From: Streblomastix strix
Lineage: Eukaryota
DNA length: 49,791 nucleotides
Direction: 5' to 3'
NCBI GenBank assembly: GCA_008636045.1
Contig: SNRW01000008.1
Span: forward strand, 1 to 49,791
Of the stretch, positions 13,934-27,639 are shown one piece after another. The notes under the pieces were generated by a model, which searched no databases, was not told where the DNA came from, and saw only the letters and a list, made by a program, of their open reading frames with translations. Positions within the stretch are counted from its first letter, which is position 1. The number at the start of each line of letters is the position of its first letter. A program made the translations under genes and the position numbers.

Positions 13934-14941
13934 CTTAGCTTTCTTCTTTTTAGGTTTTCTAAAGAGTTTTTCCACTAATTTCTCTTATGTAGTTGAAGTA
14001 GATATTAATTATGACGTTGTAATGTAGTTTTTCTTCATTTTTGTATGTTTCTTACTTCCGAGTTGTGCGTCTATCTTTATACACGCTTATGGATTTTCTA
14101 ATGCATCGCATTTATAGCCTGCCATATTTGCTAAAAAAGCATTTTTGCCGTAAATATCGTTGATTGGTGGTCTTCCCCAGTCTAAAGCACCAATATCATA
14201 GACTGTATTCAAGTTTTGTTATTTAAGAATGTCTTTCTAAATTGCTTCAGATTATCTTTCAGTTAACTTCTCTTATGCAACAGTTCGTACTGGTGATTAG
14301 TCTTGAAGCATTAAACTTTAACCAAGGTCTCCTTAAGATTCTGTAGGATATTACATATTTAACTATTAACTTTCTTTTTCTTTCTATCTTGGACTTGTAA
14401 AGTTCAAAAGCTAGTTCAATTATTATTCTTCTGTTACAACTGGTCTACGTGATCCCAAATTCATGGATGGTTAATCTATTCTAGCATTAATATTTTTCTC
14501 ATATCTATCAGCATTTTCTACATATTTTTCTTATATTATCTTTCCTTCCTTAGTTATTTTGAGGTGTGTCTCGTATAAATCTTACAATAAACAGTTTGGA
14601 AAACCTGGCTTATAAGTAAGTCGACGCGCTTTATGATCCGTTAATCACAACACACCAGTCATTGCGTCAACAAGTCTTATTGACAGATCAGCTTTACGAA
14701 TTTCTTATTCAATAGAGCGTTTTTTCTGATTCTGTCATTCTTTATTTATCTTTACCTCATTTTTGCTTGCATTTGTTATCCCCATTCTGAATTATTTGGA
14801 TGTTCTGACAAAAAATCACTTGATTTCACACCTGAATGTTTCTTTTTTCCTTTCTTTTGCATATCTTTTAGATATAAACAAATCAATATTAACCAAATAT
14901 CCAATGACGTTGGACAGCTTAATTTTTGTTTATTCTTGCAT
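13928..14941 (-). pseudogene. Hypothetical element protein with basic C-terminus (KPKKKKAKK*)
   Basis: Coding-like frame with internal TGAs ending at the inner TIR edge. Confidence 0.45.
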
Positions 14942-14959
14942 ATTACTTATTGAATAGAT

Positions 14960-15850
14960 CATAGTATTGTAGTGTAAGAATTATTCATGAATAATGTGGT
15001 AAAGTTTTGATTCTTCGAAACATTACATGCGCATTAAAGTAGAAGAATTTCTTGATTATTCTAATTTTTTAAATTAATTATTATGTGTCGCCATTAAATC
15101 AGATCCAGAAATTGAGTTAAGATTCATCTTAAGATAATATTATAAGCAACTTAAGATGGAATAACTTAAAGACGTAATTATGCTAGCATAAGATGTTAGT
15201 GGATAAGAATCATCGTTGAAACTTATGTAATTCCTCAATGACCGATGATGATTTAAAGCTTTATGGTTTATTCTTGTTACAAATCGTTTATATCATCCTT
15301 AGGATTGTAAATCATCTGTTCTGACTCTGATTCCGACTATGTTTAATGGAAAACATCTATCCCTAGTGGTTGCTGTTCATTCTAAGTTAATTCTCTGAAC
15401 AATATGCCCATTAATCTCACTTATTATCTGAATCAAGACTATCTTGAAATAGATCATAACTTAACATCATCTCCTGGACGAAAATTTAATGAATAATCAG
15501 TTAACAATGATAGAACTTAAAAATTATCTGCTATTACTGAGATTCCTAAGATAATATTTAATTTCAACTCAGCATTCACTAATAAATATATCGATGAAAC
15601 TAAATCTCAGGGTTATTTGTATTCACCATTATTGATGTACATAATATAAACTTAGATAAATTCGTTCATTGATAGTTAAGAATATTACTTCAGAACAATT
15701 ATCATAAGTAATCGTAGTGTAATATGCTTTAACAATGCTGTGAACGAGCATACTTTGAAGCTATCAGATGGTAAATTTTCTCCTAATATTAATGAAAGTA
15801 TTGATATTGAATCATCTGCAATTAAATTCATAAATCTTTTTTTTGATTAA
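14960..15850 (+). pseudogene. Conserved element gene of unknown function (possible minor capsid)
   Basis: Collinear similarity to 42540-43380 (-), e.g. TGTTTAATGGAAAAC and DSQEYYFR/DTNEQYFR. The function is a guess. Confidence 0.4.
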
Positions 15851-17131
15851 TTTCTTTATAAGTATTTCATGCTTAGCAATGGATGTTATTATCGACTAAT
15901 TGGTATAATTCGATTATATTCGCCCACAACTAATAACTATTTAACTTCAATTGAGTCATTTATAACAATTTCATAAGCACAGTCTGTAAAAATAAGGCAT
16001 TTACACGGAAAATAGTATAATATTAATGATAATTCTTAAATTTAAAAGAATCTTAAGTAACCAATGAATGTTTAATAAATAACCATGAAATCCATCATAA
16101 ACGGCATAAATCTATTCCCTATTAGAATTATATCTTCATTATCTGGTTTAAATTCTGAAGATTAGGTGTAAATATACACTGTTGTCAATCGATAATAGTA
16201 TTAAGGGTAATATATTCCTGATGTTCTTTCATAATTTTTTATTTATTGAATAATTATTTCTGAAAAATATAAGATTATGGTATCCATAACGCATCATCTT
16301 GTCACTAAATTTATATGAGTAATTAACTTGTGCTTTAGATTTTTATGATAGATTATAAGAAAACGGTGCTAATCCTACTGAAAATAATATATCATCTGTT
16401 AAATTCATTGATCTTGAAACTTGGTATTTAAAACTAAATATGATAACTAGAGTTAAGAATGTGATACTTCTGTTTTATGCACTTTCGTGGGTAATTTCTA
16501 ATAGTATCTTCAGATGTTGATCATATCTATCTCAAACTAATTGTAAAGAATTATATTTTAAAAAATTAGCGGATAAGGTTTCTCAAATGTATGTTATAAG
16601 TAAAATCTTATTGATGCACCTGTTTTATTGGGTTAGAATATGTTATCTTAATAATGTATGATATGTTAAAGTAAATGTGTAATATTTACTATATTTGATA
16701 ATTATGGCAGAAAAATATCATTGCAAATCATGGATATGTACAACAACTTGTTACTGGAAATTTAGACTTAATGATGTCTTTTTCGACGGCGAAAGTGGGG
16801 TCAGACTGAATTAATTTATTTTTAGACGGCTCGATGCGCCGATCCATCGGCTTAAATTCGCAGGAAGTAAACCTTGAGACACGCGGCTTAGAGGGTCACA
16901 TTTGAAGTAATTTTAGACCGACTCAGCATATCTCGAGGCTTGCGGCTTAATATTAATAAAATTGGATCATTATTAATTATCAGATCCACTAATGATATTC
17001 ATTATTTTTCCATTTCCTTTCCTAATTTGCAAAAATAAATTAACATACGTTTTACGTATACTGAATCGTTTCACGATTTGGCGACGTGATTAGCAGTCTC
17101 TCATCCACATCTTACTGCACAAGCATTAAAC

Positions 17132-18918
17132 TCATCCTAAGTCTACCATCGTTCCACCTACTTCACCTATGATTTCGAAGTTTAAAATTTATGGATAAGG
17201 AGCATCATCGAATGTAAATCAAATGATTGCATCACAGAGATAATGCATTTACGGCGTTATCTATGCATTAGTTGGTTAAGGATAAGGTCTTGTTGCGATA
17301 AATTATATAAGATTATTTTATTCATCTTAGATCCCAGCGACTGCATCAAGTATCAATGAATTATCTATGATACCTGGAGTTAAATACTCTTATAAAGTGA
17401 CTTGAATATTAGTTCTTGCTCTCAATTTAGATGAGTTACATCCGCATATGAATGAATCATCAGTTGCCATCTTCTATGCCAGCATAAATTTATGAGGATA
17501 ATATATTTTTACTGCTTTATTTTTAACGTATAGCGTAGTATTATAGAGTATATTCTCTTTATCTTCCAAACCAGCACCTATATAACTATAATAATTTCCA
17601 TTGGAGTCATATATAGTTTGAATTTGGAAATTCAATGAATGATTCAAATCAGATGATGCTGAAACAAGATCTTACTCAACAAAACACTCGAACATCTATC
17701 CAGTAACCATGGGATTTAACGATACATATTCTTATGGGATAAGATATCGTTGATCAATTTCCAAATTGAACTTCTAAAATTACACTGGTAACATCCATAT
17801 TTGGATATTATTTCAATGCAAATGTAATAAACAGCGCTTTTACGTTAGAATATGACTTTATACTTTGCATAGAACCAACATTTTCAGAAAATCCACGAAA
17901 TTGGAAGTTAATTGATTGTGTACGTATAATTTACGTAGGAGAATTCAATATTTTTTGATCTCTTATCATATCAATGATTGATTCTTCATTTTACATGTTG
18001 AAACACAAATTATTAATATCTAACTTAGTAAATCTTGAATCCTTAATTTAACTAATTGAGTTTGATGGCCTTCTTTCATCCGGAGCTTTTCCTTACATAT
18101 TGTCAAGTCTTATCGAAAATGCATTATATTTAGTTTCATCTGTACGTAGCAAGAAAACTATATCAGGTTTTTCTGGTGTAATCATTTAATAAACTAGATG
18201 ACTATTGATTATAGTATCAGACTTTTTTTAACTATACAACCTTCAGATCGAATAAGAAATCTTAGGTCCATAATTATAAAAATAATGATGCATAATTACG
18301 TGTTAACACTGGAAATGAATTGAAAATAGGATTTAACTAATTTAAATCAAGTACTCCAGCAATTGTTATTAGATATGGAATTAAATAATTAAAGCTTCCA
18401 GCAGCAAAAGCTTCAACTGATATATCTATGAAAACTCCACAATGTCTTCTTCCTCTAACTACTGTTTCTAATGGTGATACACTCACGGAATTATTAGTAT
18501 TTAAATCAGATAATGAATTTGCAGCTATCACAGCTTATTCTCTTGCATAATTTGATATCTCCCATAGTTTTGTATTATCTTTACTGATTGCTATTTATTA
18601 GAATGGGCCACAAGCAGTTGAGAATCCAAGACAGAACTTAATATGTTCATCATCACCAATTGGCATTTAATTTGCTTCAGCTACAATTTTCATTGTACGA
18701 ACCCAATCTGCTTACATATTAGCTAATTCATTGAAATTTACTCTAACTCTAGCTGTTGCTATTGCAGCAATAAGCGTAACTAATCCTGGCACTAAATTTG
18801 GTTATAATGCCAATCACTCAAGGAATTGTTCTTTGCCAGTTAACTTAACATAATTATACCATTGAACATGTTGCATTACCTCTTACATCTAATGGAGCTC
18901 TTGTAAATCTCTATCCAT
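17132..18918 (-). pseudogene. Putative double jelly-roll major capsid protein
   Basis: ~595 codons; FCLGFSTACGPFQQIAI...NYAREQA, GVLDLNQLNPIFNSFPVLT...LFLQL, C-terminal TPQMHYLCDAII.FTFD resemble protist Polinton MCPs; internal TGA and frameshift. Confidence 0.7.
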
Positions 18919-19182
18919 CACTTATAAGTTAATTAATAAATTAATCAAAGAATTTTTATCTACTTATACTAAAACTTTATAGATGAATCGGTGCTTATCT
19001 TTGCACTTCTTACATTGCAGAATACGTTGAAACATATTCAGAATATTATACTTTTGCTAACTTTTATATGTAATCGTTCGCTGAGAAACTCATATTGCGT
19101 ACGGTTTTTTTATAATTTAAAATAATGTATACGTTTTATTATTCAAACAATCGCTCAAACAAGAAAACATACTATAATTATC

Positions 19183-19389
19183 ATGGGATTCTTTTCTGGA
19201 TTGAAGAATTTTGACTCAAAATTATTAGGCTGAATTAAGAAAGTTGCAGGTTGGGTTGCTCCCACGCTTCATAAAGTGATGGCGACTCTTAGCGGACCAG
19301 TAAACATGTTACATCCAGATGCTGCGTAGATAATAGGTACGATTGGTAATATTGCAGGCGGAATAGAAAGGCATTTGAATAAACGTTGA
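19183..19389 (+). pseudogene. Small amphipathic peptide, adenovirus pVI-like N-terminus
   Basis: MGFFSGLKNFDSKLLG*IKKVAGWVAPTLHKVMATLSGPVNMLHPDAAQIIGTIGNIAGGIERHLNKR*; one internal TGA at 19231. Confidence 0.55.
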
Positions 19390-20148
19390 TAAAAACAATT
19401 GAATTACTTATTATTTTCTTATTCTGAATATAATGATGGAGGAATTGTACTAATTTGAATAATCTTTTGGCAAAACTCATAATGCTTCAGATTATGATGA
19501 GTTTAAAATATTTGAAGCACTTGTTGACAATAAGGAATTAGATGATGAGCAAAAATAGTTTTATGAATAAAAAATAAGAAAAAAATAATTGATTTGGCAT
19601 AATTACAAAGGAAACTTAATAAGTCATTGGTTATCTTCACTATTTAGATACGTTATGCTAAGTTAATTGATAATATGCACAAAACAGCTGATTATCATTA
19701 TCCATGACAAATCAATTATATAACTATTTCTCTTCATCACTTGCTTCAGATATAACATATTTCATTATTTATTATGGCTATTGATTCATATCCATCTTTT
19801 TCTTGATTTAATTGTATTAACTTGCGTAAAATTTATTATTTTCTCTATATATTTTATTCTTATAATCTTCATCTACGAATTTTTTCATTTGCTGCAATTT
19901 GCATCATAGATTTGTGAATTATTAATTCTTATTAATCCTTTAAACAATACATGCTATTATTCTGATTAATCTTTGATCAACTGAGTTTGCAGTGTTTCTA
20001 TTGTTGTTTTAATTAGATCTTTATTTTCATAATTTGATTTGAAGAGCTCATTAAAGAGCTAATTTAATGGTTTTGACATGTTTTATTACCCAATTTTCAG
20101 TTGAAACAAACAAAGTTTGCAAAACTAAATTCAACAATGAAGTTGTTT

Positions 20149-21500
20149 TCATAGTATTCTACCATTGAAAGATAATGTGTTTCTATCAGCACTGATTTGT
20201 AATCCTCTAGTATTATCACCAGCTTAAGATGCCATTGCGAATATTAAACCATAAGGGTCATTTATAGCAGTACTTGATGGTGTAAATATTGTCCATTATC
20301 CTTCAATAACGCCAGAGTTAGATGTTCTACTACATCCTAACTAAATCGATGAATTAGCTGTATTTGGAGCTGATCTGGATATTCTCAAACCATCATCATA
20401 ACTAGTTGCTGTAGGATTTAATTAAATATTACCTGAAGTAACACATGCAAATGTTTTTTTACCTGAAATTGATTAATCATTAACAACATCAACGAATCCA
20501 TTACCATTAAATGTTAATGTGTTTTCATCTGCGGATATCTATAAGCCTTTATTAGCCTAAAATTTTTAACCTGATTTTGATATGATAAAGCATAGTGGAT
20601 TTATATTAGTATCCACTGATGTTCCCATAATCCATTAGTTATCAATAAACCCACTATTTGAATACGGATCACAACCAAATTAAATATTACTCCATTAGTT
20701 GTTTATTGATCTACTTATTTGTCTCCCTTCGTTATATATACCATCAACTGTTGGATTTACTTATATTAATTTTTTGATTTTTTTTTCAGTAATCGTTTAA
20801 TCAGTAGCTATATCAACTACACCATTAATATCTTTAGTATCACCATTTGCACTTAATATTTCCGTAGCTAATCCTCCTGTTTTAATGAATTTAAGTGCAA
20901 TTAAGTTCCCATCGTAAGTTAATTATTAAGGATGAATATGATCATGTCTTGAATAATATGCAGAAGTACCATTATTTCGAATTCCATTAACTGCAGGTAC
21001 AATTTACGCTTTAGTTTAAACATTAATAGGATGAAAATGATCAATTCTAGCATATGCAGCAACAGTACCATATGATCCATCTACTGAGTCACTAACTGGA
21101 ATAGTATCTGCAGTATAAATTGGATATTAATGATCAGATCTAGCACAAGTGTTATCTGAGCCGATATTACCAACCGAAGTATCTTTACTTGGCAATACAA
21201 TAGATACTTATAGTGGATGCTTATGATCTCCTCTAGAATATTCATTTGAAATTCCTGCAACTCCAGTTCCACTATCAGCTAATGGTGTAGCATCACTTGC
21301 AGGAGTGACTTAATCAGGAACTGTATCTCCACTGTTGTACTAATTCTAATCATACATCCATACAGTTCCACTTTCAGCAGAGAATGCAAAATCACCATTG
21401 GCAGAGTTTTCTAATTATTTTATATCAGTGTTCAATAAATTGTATCCTTTAAAATGTATTTATCTATTAAGTTCTTCAATAGTTACATTAATTTATTATT
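20149..21500 (-). pseudogene. Phage tail-fibre-like protein
   Basis: Four R.DH.[HY]P repeats, KFIKTGGLATEILSANGDTK, and two tandem repeats ending GLQISAD.NTL.FNG; start uncertain (may extend to ~21890). Confidence 0.7.
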
Positions 21501-21915
21501 ATAATCCACAATATCTTATGTTGCAGTCCCAAATGTTTAATATATTACATTCACTTTTTATTTTAATGGAGAAATTTTTGCAATGAAACCATTATTTAAT
21601 AAATTTAATATTTTCAATGTCATTACATCATTTGTTTTCAGTTTCATTGCAAAATTTTTAGAATTATCTATTGGTATATATATTAATGAGTTTTTGTCAT
21701 CAATTGTCAAATAATATTCAGTTCCCGATAATTAACTACATGAACTTGATGATTAACTTTGATATTATAACAAATATTGGAAATTTGATTAAATTAATGA
21801 ACGAATCACTAATATCTATAGTTAACTCAATGTTTTTGCCAACGTCATATTTGAATATATAAAAATAAATATAATCATACCAATTATCATTGATTCTTTA
21901 AAACTTTTTATTTAC

Positions 21916-22946
21916 TCAACCACTTATTAAGCACTATGAATTCATACTTGTTAAAGTACCATATATTAACATAAATTCATCAAAAACTAGATTCTAAATA
22001 GAATTTACTTCATAAGGTTGCTTTAAATCACTTTCGCTAAGATCAACACCAAAACTTATAACATGTGATAATATACTTGCAATTTTGAACAAGTAACTTG
22101 GCCATTAAGCAACAAAAAACACAGTATTTTTGCAATGTCTACAGTCAGATACTAAATGAGTTAGTGTCTTAACTAATTCTGATAAAAATCTTTAAATATC
22201 AGCATTGCTTCCAATATCATCAAAAATTAGCGGCGAATTCAGCAGAGAATTATGAAATAGTATGGGTATTTTTATAATTTTTAACTCCGTATCTCATTCA
22301 TCTTAAGAAATCTGAATTTTTCTTTCGAAATACACATTATGAATGTTTGCTGGGACAGTAAACCTCATAATCATTGTCGGAACGTTGTATTTCGTTATCT
22401 TATCAAAATACTCTTATTCAAATATCTCAGCAATTCCTCTAGCATAATCCTTTAGTTTTTCCATTTATTTTTCGATAGACGCGGATGCAAGACGTGTTGG
22501 ATTCTCTTTGATTGGTTTATTTTGAATAATTCTTTCTTTCATTCTTTATATATATAATCTGATTTGTAAGATATGTTTAGTTCACGTAATTTCCAATAAG
22601 TATAGACTTCTTTTACCGAATACTTGATCTCATTAAATTACGGTTCGAAAGATATTACTTCCTCATATGTTATGTTGGTGAATATGATATTCTTCGAGTT
22701 ACGATTCAATGCCATAGTCCTATCAGCACTAAAGTTAGAGAAATATAAAATGAAAGGATTAATTTTTTATTTATATATTACAATTAGTTTGCTTATTTGT
22801 GTTGTTTTCCCTGAGCCAACTGCGCCAATAATATAATGATTCACAATGATTAAGAATAATGAATTTCTGGTTAATGATTTAGTTTTGAATTCATCTAATA
22901 TAGAATTATCGTCGAATGTAACTGATTATATCTCTTCTAATGTCAT
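21916..22946 (-). pseudogene. A32/FtsK-type genome packaging ATPase
   Basis: Walker A IIGAVGSGKTT (~22800-22830); Walker B LIFDDIG (~22210-22230); frameshifted. Confidence 0.85.
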
Positions 22947-23449
22947 GCAGGTTATCTGTTGCAGCAAGTTGCTTTGGTTAGTTGCCAAATAAATCTGTTG
23001 ATATTAATAATTAATTCTATATTTTATGGTGTTAACTTCATTGTTTCCGTAATTTCATTATCTATTCCTGAATAACTTACATAAATATTCTCATTAATAA
23101 AGTAATTATGGAGTTATTTTGATGCGATTCTAGTGACATTAAATTTAATCAACTAAATATTTCAATTCGTTTATCGTAGAAGAAACGAAAATAAAATTGA
23201 ACATTAGAAAATTCATAAGAAAAATAAGCTTATTTTCATTGAAGTAAGTATTAAAATGAATAAATAGAAGATTTCATTAAGGAAGCGATTGAAAAATAAG
23301 ATGAGGAACTCGCTAAGATGTCGAGATATATATTGCATTTGAAGTTGTTGAATCTTAAAACTTATACGAAGTCTGACAATAATGGAAATCATGATAATGG
23401 TAATTAAAATTGAAGTTGAGTAAAAAATTCAATTTATTTATTTGGAATT

Positions 23450-24340
23450 TCATACAACATTTTTGATAAAATAACTTACATTAATTACCACATTTAACGA
23501 AGATGGAATTGATATGAGTGAATTAGAATTATTAATAATTTATCCGTATTAATTGATTAAATAATCCAGATATTAACTAATATTAGCTGATGAAACTGCT
23601 AAATATTACATATATAGTGTACCAATAAATTAAAGAATAAAATTATCATCAACGGTTCCCATTATGAAAGGAATGCTAGTCGAACCACCTTGTGATACCC
23701 AACGAGGATATTCATTAATATGAACTATTTCGCTGCTATGCAAAACTAACGAACCTTAACTTAAACCACTTACATTATCAGTAACTTGAAATTATCTTCT
23801 TTTTGCATTTGATAGAAATATTACTTAACCATTGAATTTTATTTAACTACAATTTTTATCTAAATATTCCTCTATTTATATTTTAATAATCGTCGTCTTT
23901 ATATATTTAAAATGATGCATCACGTAGCCATGTTCCAGTACCTTCAAAATAAGAAGTAATTACCTAATTATATTCTAAAGTTGATACTCCACCAATTGGC
24001 TTACAAACATTAGCACCTAAATAAATACACTTGGTTCTTAAACAAACCCTCTAGTTATTCTTAGCCCTGCTTATTTTGTAACAATTAATAAAGAAGTTGG
24101 CTATAACGTAAAATCTGAAAAAGCATATGATCTCTCTTTTATTATGAAATCGTCTATATCTGATTTATCTCCATTAACGAGTAATATTTATTTTTAAGTT
24201 TCATCAGTTTTTATAAATGAATTTGTAACTATAGGTTAAGTAAATGATTTGGTCTCTGTAATAGTTTAAGCTGTATCTTGTGTTACTAAACGTGATAAAT
24301 CAACTTATATTTTCTTAAAAAAATAACTAAAATAAGTAAA
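23450..24340 (-). pseudogene. Second short fibre-like structural protein
   Basis: LVTQDTAQTITETKSF...FIKTDETQKQILLVNGD fibre-like motif; homologous to 43450-44680 (+). Confidence 0.5.
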
Positions 24341-24359
24341 ATATTTTATAATTTCATTA

Positions 24360-25301
24360 TCAACTTATTAAATTATTTATTTTCACAACTTCTATAGTGA
24401 TTCTATTTCTTATTATTATTTCTTCATCTTCTCATAATCTGATTTCGTTTATTAAAGTTCTTCTTCAGATGGATCCTCCAAATCGCTTGAAATTTGTTCT
24501 TCAGAATATGCAAAGCTCGCCGGCAACGAAGTATCTTACATATCCTTTTAACAAAAATAAACTGATTTCATAGCGAAATATTGATCAAAAATCATCAATA
24601 CCAATGTCGAATTCAAGCTAATCAGATAATCTGACAAAGTATTTGTTCAAATGATATAACTTCTCAATACTATTCCATAACGCACTATCAATGTTAGAAA
24701 TAGAGACATTCTTGATGAGAACATCATTTATTCTTAAAATCTCTTTCTTCTTAAATTTTATCGAAGTGAAACTATTATATTTCATCAATTGTTCTTCCAT
24801 AATAATCTCAAAATCTTTCACTTCTTCTTATGTTGTTAATGCCCAGACTTCTATATTGTTAATGGAGTTAAATCTGAAATCTTCGCCTTTCTTATGAGAA
24901 TCGACGCTTCTCCAGATGCAATCAATGATGAAATTTTATACTTCTAAGGTAAAATTGGATTAATATATATCTTTTACAACTCATTCTGGCTCAATTAAAG
25001 CAGTTTCTCGTAAAATTTCTTTAATTTTATGAATATTATATGCTTTTCTCCTTGATCTTTCTGTTTAGATTCCTCGTTGCAATTCTTTCTAATAGATGCT
25101 TAAATCTCTGCTTAGTAATGGTGTCTGAATCGAAGACTATATTTATAATGCTGGAATTTGTACTGCCTTTTTAAATCCATTTGTAATAGTTTCATCAATT
25201 GCTTATAATCTGGCTTTATCCTCCTCAGATAATTCTTTCTTAACAGTATTCACATGTTAATTTTTATGAACTCTTATTTGATTTATTTATATTGTTGCCA
25301 T
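24360..25301 (-). pseudogene. Hypothetical element protein(s)
   Basis: ELSEEDKARLQAI matches ELIDEDKNRLQLI at 47859+; includes the track ORF MKDFEIIMEE. Confidence 0.45.
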
Positions 25302-25373
25302 GATTTTGCAAACCTTTTAGGTTGCTTGCAACTTAAAGTTGCGAGTTTAAATAAAATCAAATCAGACATCAAG

Positions 25374-26018
25374 ATGAATCAAGCATAAGCACTCAAGAAT
25401 CTCATAGAAAATGGTATATCTATTGAGTATTTCAATGATAGATATTTCATGATAGCAAAGGAGAAGACAAAAGTATATGAAGTAGGAAAGAAACAACCAA
25501 AAACATTGACTTAAGCTTAATAAACTAAATTGTTAATGTAAGCACGAGGTGGAGGATAAACAAAACCAAAACGTTCAGCAAAACGTTAAATTGCAAACGA
25601 TTTTGATGACGATGTAGATGATGAATTCTAATAAAGCGAATATTCCCGAAGGGATCAAGTCTAAACGTCATAGAAATACAGTGATGATGAAGATATTGAA
25701 TAAACCATAACCGAAAAACCCGCTAAACCTCCAAAACCAACTCCAGAGAAGGCAAAAACAAACCGTAAATAAATTACTCTTTACCATAAGTTGATCTTGA
25801 AAAATTAATACGTTTGCGAATTGAAAATGCATTTATTAAACAAAAACATCAAGATTCAATAAAGTAAGTTGAAAAATATAAGAATAAAATAAAAATGTTT
25901 AAGTAAAAAATTCAGCGGTAGAATAATAGCGTCAACCATAAACTCCACCACAAGCTGAGAATCCCCAACTTTAGGATGAGATTCCTGAAATACGATTTAA
26001 CGAAACAGATTTATGATG
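25374..26018 (+). pseudogene. Hypothetical element protein
   Basis: LKNLIENGISIEY...QARGGG matches FKNLVENGTNIEY...QVRGGG at 47804 (-). Confidence 0.5.
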
Positions 26019-26302
26019 AAAAAACTAATATCATTCTTCAATTATTTCTTATTTTTATTATATAGCCTATTTAATATCTGTAATTTCAAGTAATCCCTTA
26101 ATTTTAACCGCTTATTCATCATATTTATCAATTGTTTTATGCATTGAAGCAATAACATCCGTATCTCTTATTACTTTCCGTGAATACTTTCATTTATTCC
26201 TCAGGAAATTTTAACGGTATATTTTCCCATTAAAACAATTATATTTTTGACATTTGAATAATTTCGAATAATTTAAAAATAAATAACAGAGTGAATCAAT
26301 TG

Positions 26303-27506
26303 TCACAATTTAAAATAATCTTTATATTTAGTATCTAATAGACATATATCTTTTGCAACTAATTTGCAATATTATTCAAGTAATTCTACTATTTTTAAAT
26401 CAGACTATGATTTAAGTAATTTCACCATTACATTTCCATTAGATTATTTAATAAATTCTGCTAATTCATTGAAATTTCTTCTTTACATAACGAAGGAATC
26501 ACCAGTTTTTGTATAATCAAGATGTATCAAAAGAATAATTCCAGGTTAAAACGATAAAAGTCCTTTGTTTTACTATTATATCTTAATATCAAACAGTTTA
26601 TTCTTTTATTATCTTTTGTATTAACCTTCAATATCATCATTATCATTAGCTTATTTTGGGTAATATTTGTTGTCATATGCAGAATGAGGAATCTAATTGT
26701 ACATTTATACCATCTGTTACATCAAATCATTATCTGCAAACTTCTCAGAATCATTGCCAAATCCATTGCGAATAGTCATGAACACTGAATCAACAACTCT
26801 GCTTCGATTAGTGAATTTTGAGTCGGTAAAGAATGAAGTAAAGTTATTCTCTTAACTGAATGTTTTCAATATATTTCCGCTGAATCCTTTCTCGTCATCG
26901 CCTCTAATGTTAGTGAAATGATTATTCTTAACTAATTTTTACAACGCATTCATGATTTAACCTGTAGATTTATCTCTCAAAGGGAAACAACGAGATATTT
27001 TGTATTAATATTAATGCAAAAAAAATATATTTAATTTACACGAACAATATGTTTATCCATTAAGGAAACTAAATCAAATTACCATGATCCAAATATTGGA
27101 GAGAAATAAGGACGATTCAACTTAAATAATTGTTTAATATAATAATCAGGTGGAATTTCATGTATTTTTTGTGAATGTTTTCCATGAAATTTCTTAAAAT
27201 GTTCAATTTTTGATTTGAAAGGGAATTTTAGAGGTTTGCTTGGTTATTCTAATTCTTGGTTTTAACTGATTACCGCGGAAAATTACGAAGTATTTGCACA
27301 TTTGATTAATCATGCTTCAAATCATATCACATATATAATTTCTCAAGCTATTTTTCATTAAATTTTCCGTAACTATGCGTACTGGTTGCTGCTTCGCAGA
27401 GATTTTATTTATTCAGATTCTTAATAAATTCTTAGAACTTCATTTAATTCATGTTACGATAAGCTGTATATTAAATCCATTAATTTGTGTCTTCATAATG
27501 CGCCAT
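26303..27506 (-). pseudogene. RVE (DDE) integrase
   Basis: RPYFSPIFGSWQFDLV, CININTKYL, IRGDDEKGF, RVVDSVFMTIR, MYNQIPHSAY; frameshifted. Confidence 0.9.
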
Positions 27507-27639
27507 TTTTGTAAAAAATCGAAAAGAGATTGGTTTAATGATGGATTACACATATATTATGATATAATGAAATCAATATTTACTGAATCTATCAATAGTG
27601 GTTGATAAATTAAGCAAAAGATACAATAATAATATCCAT

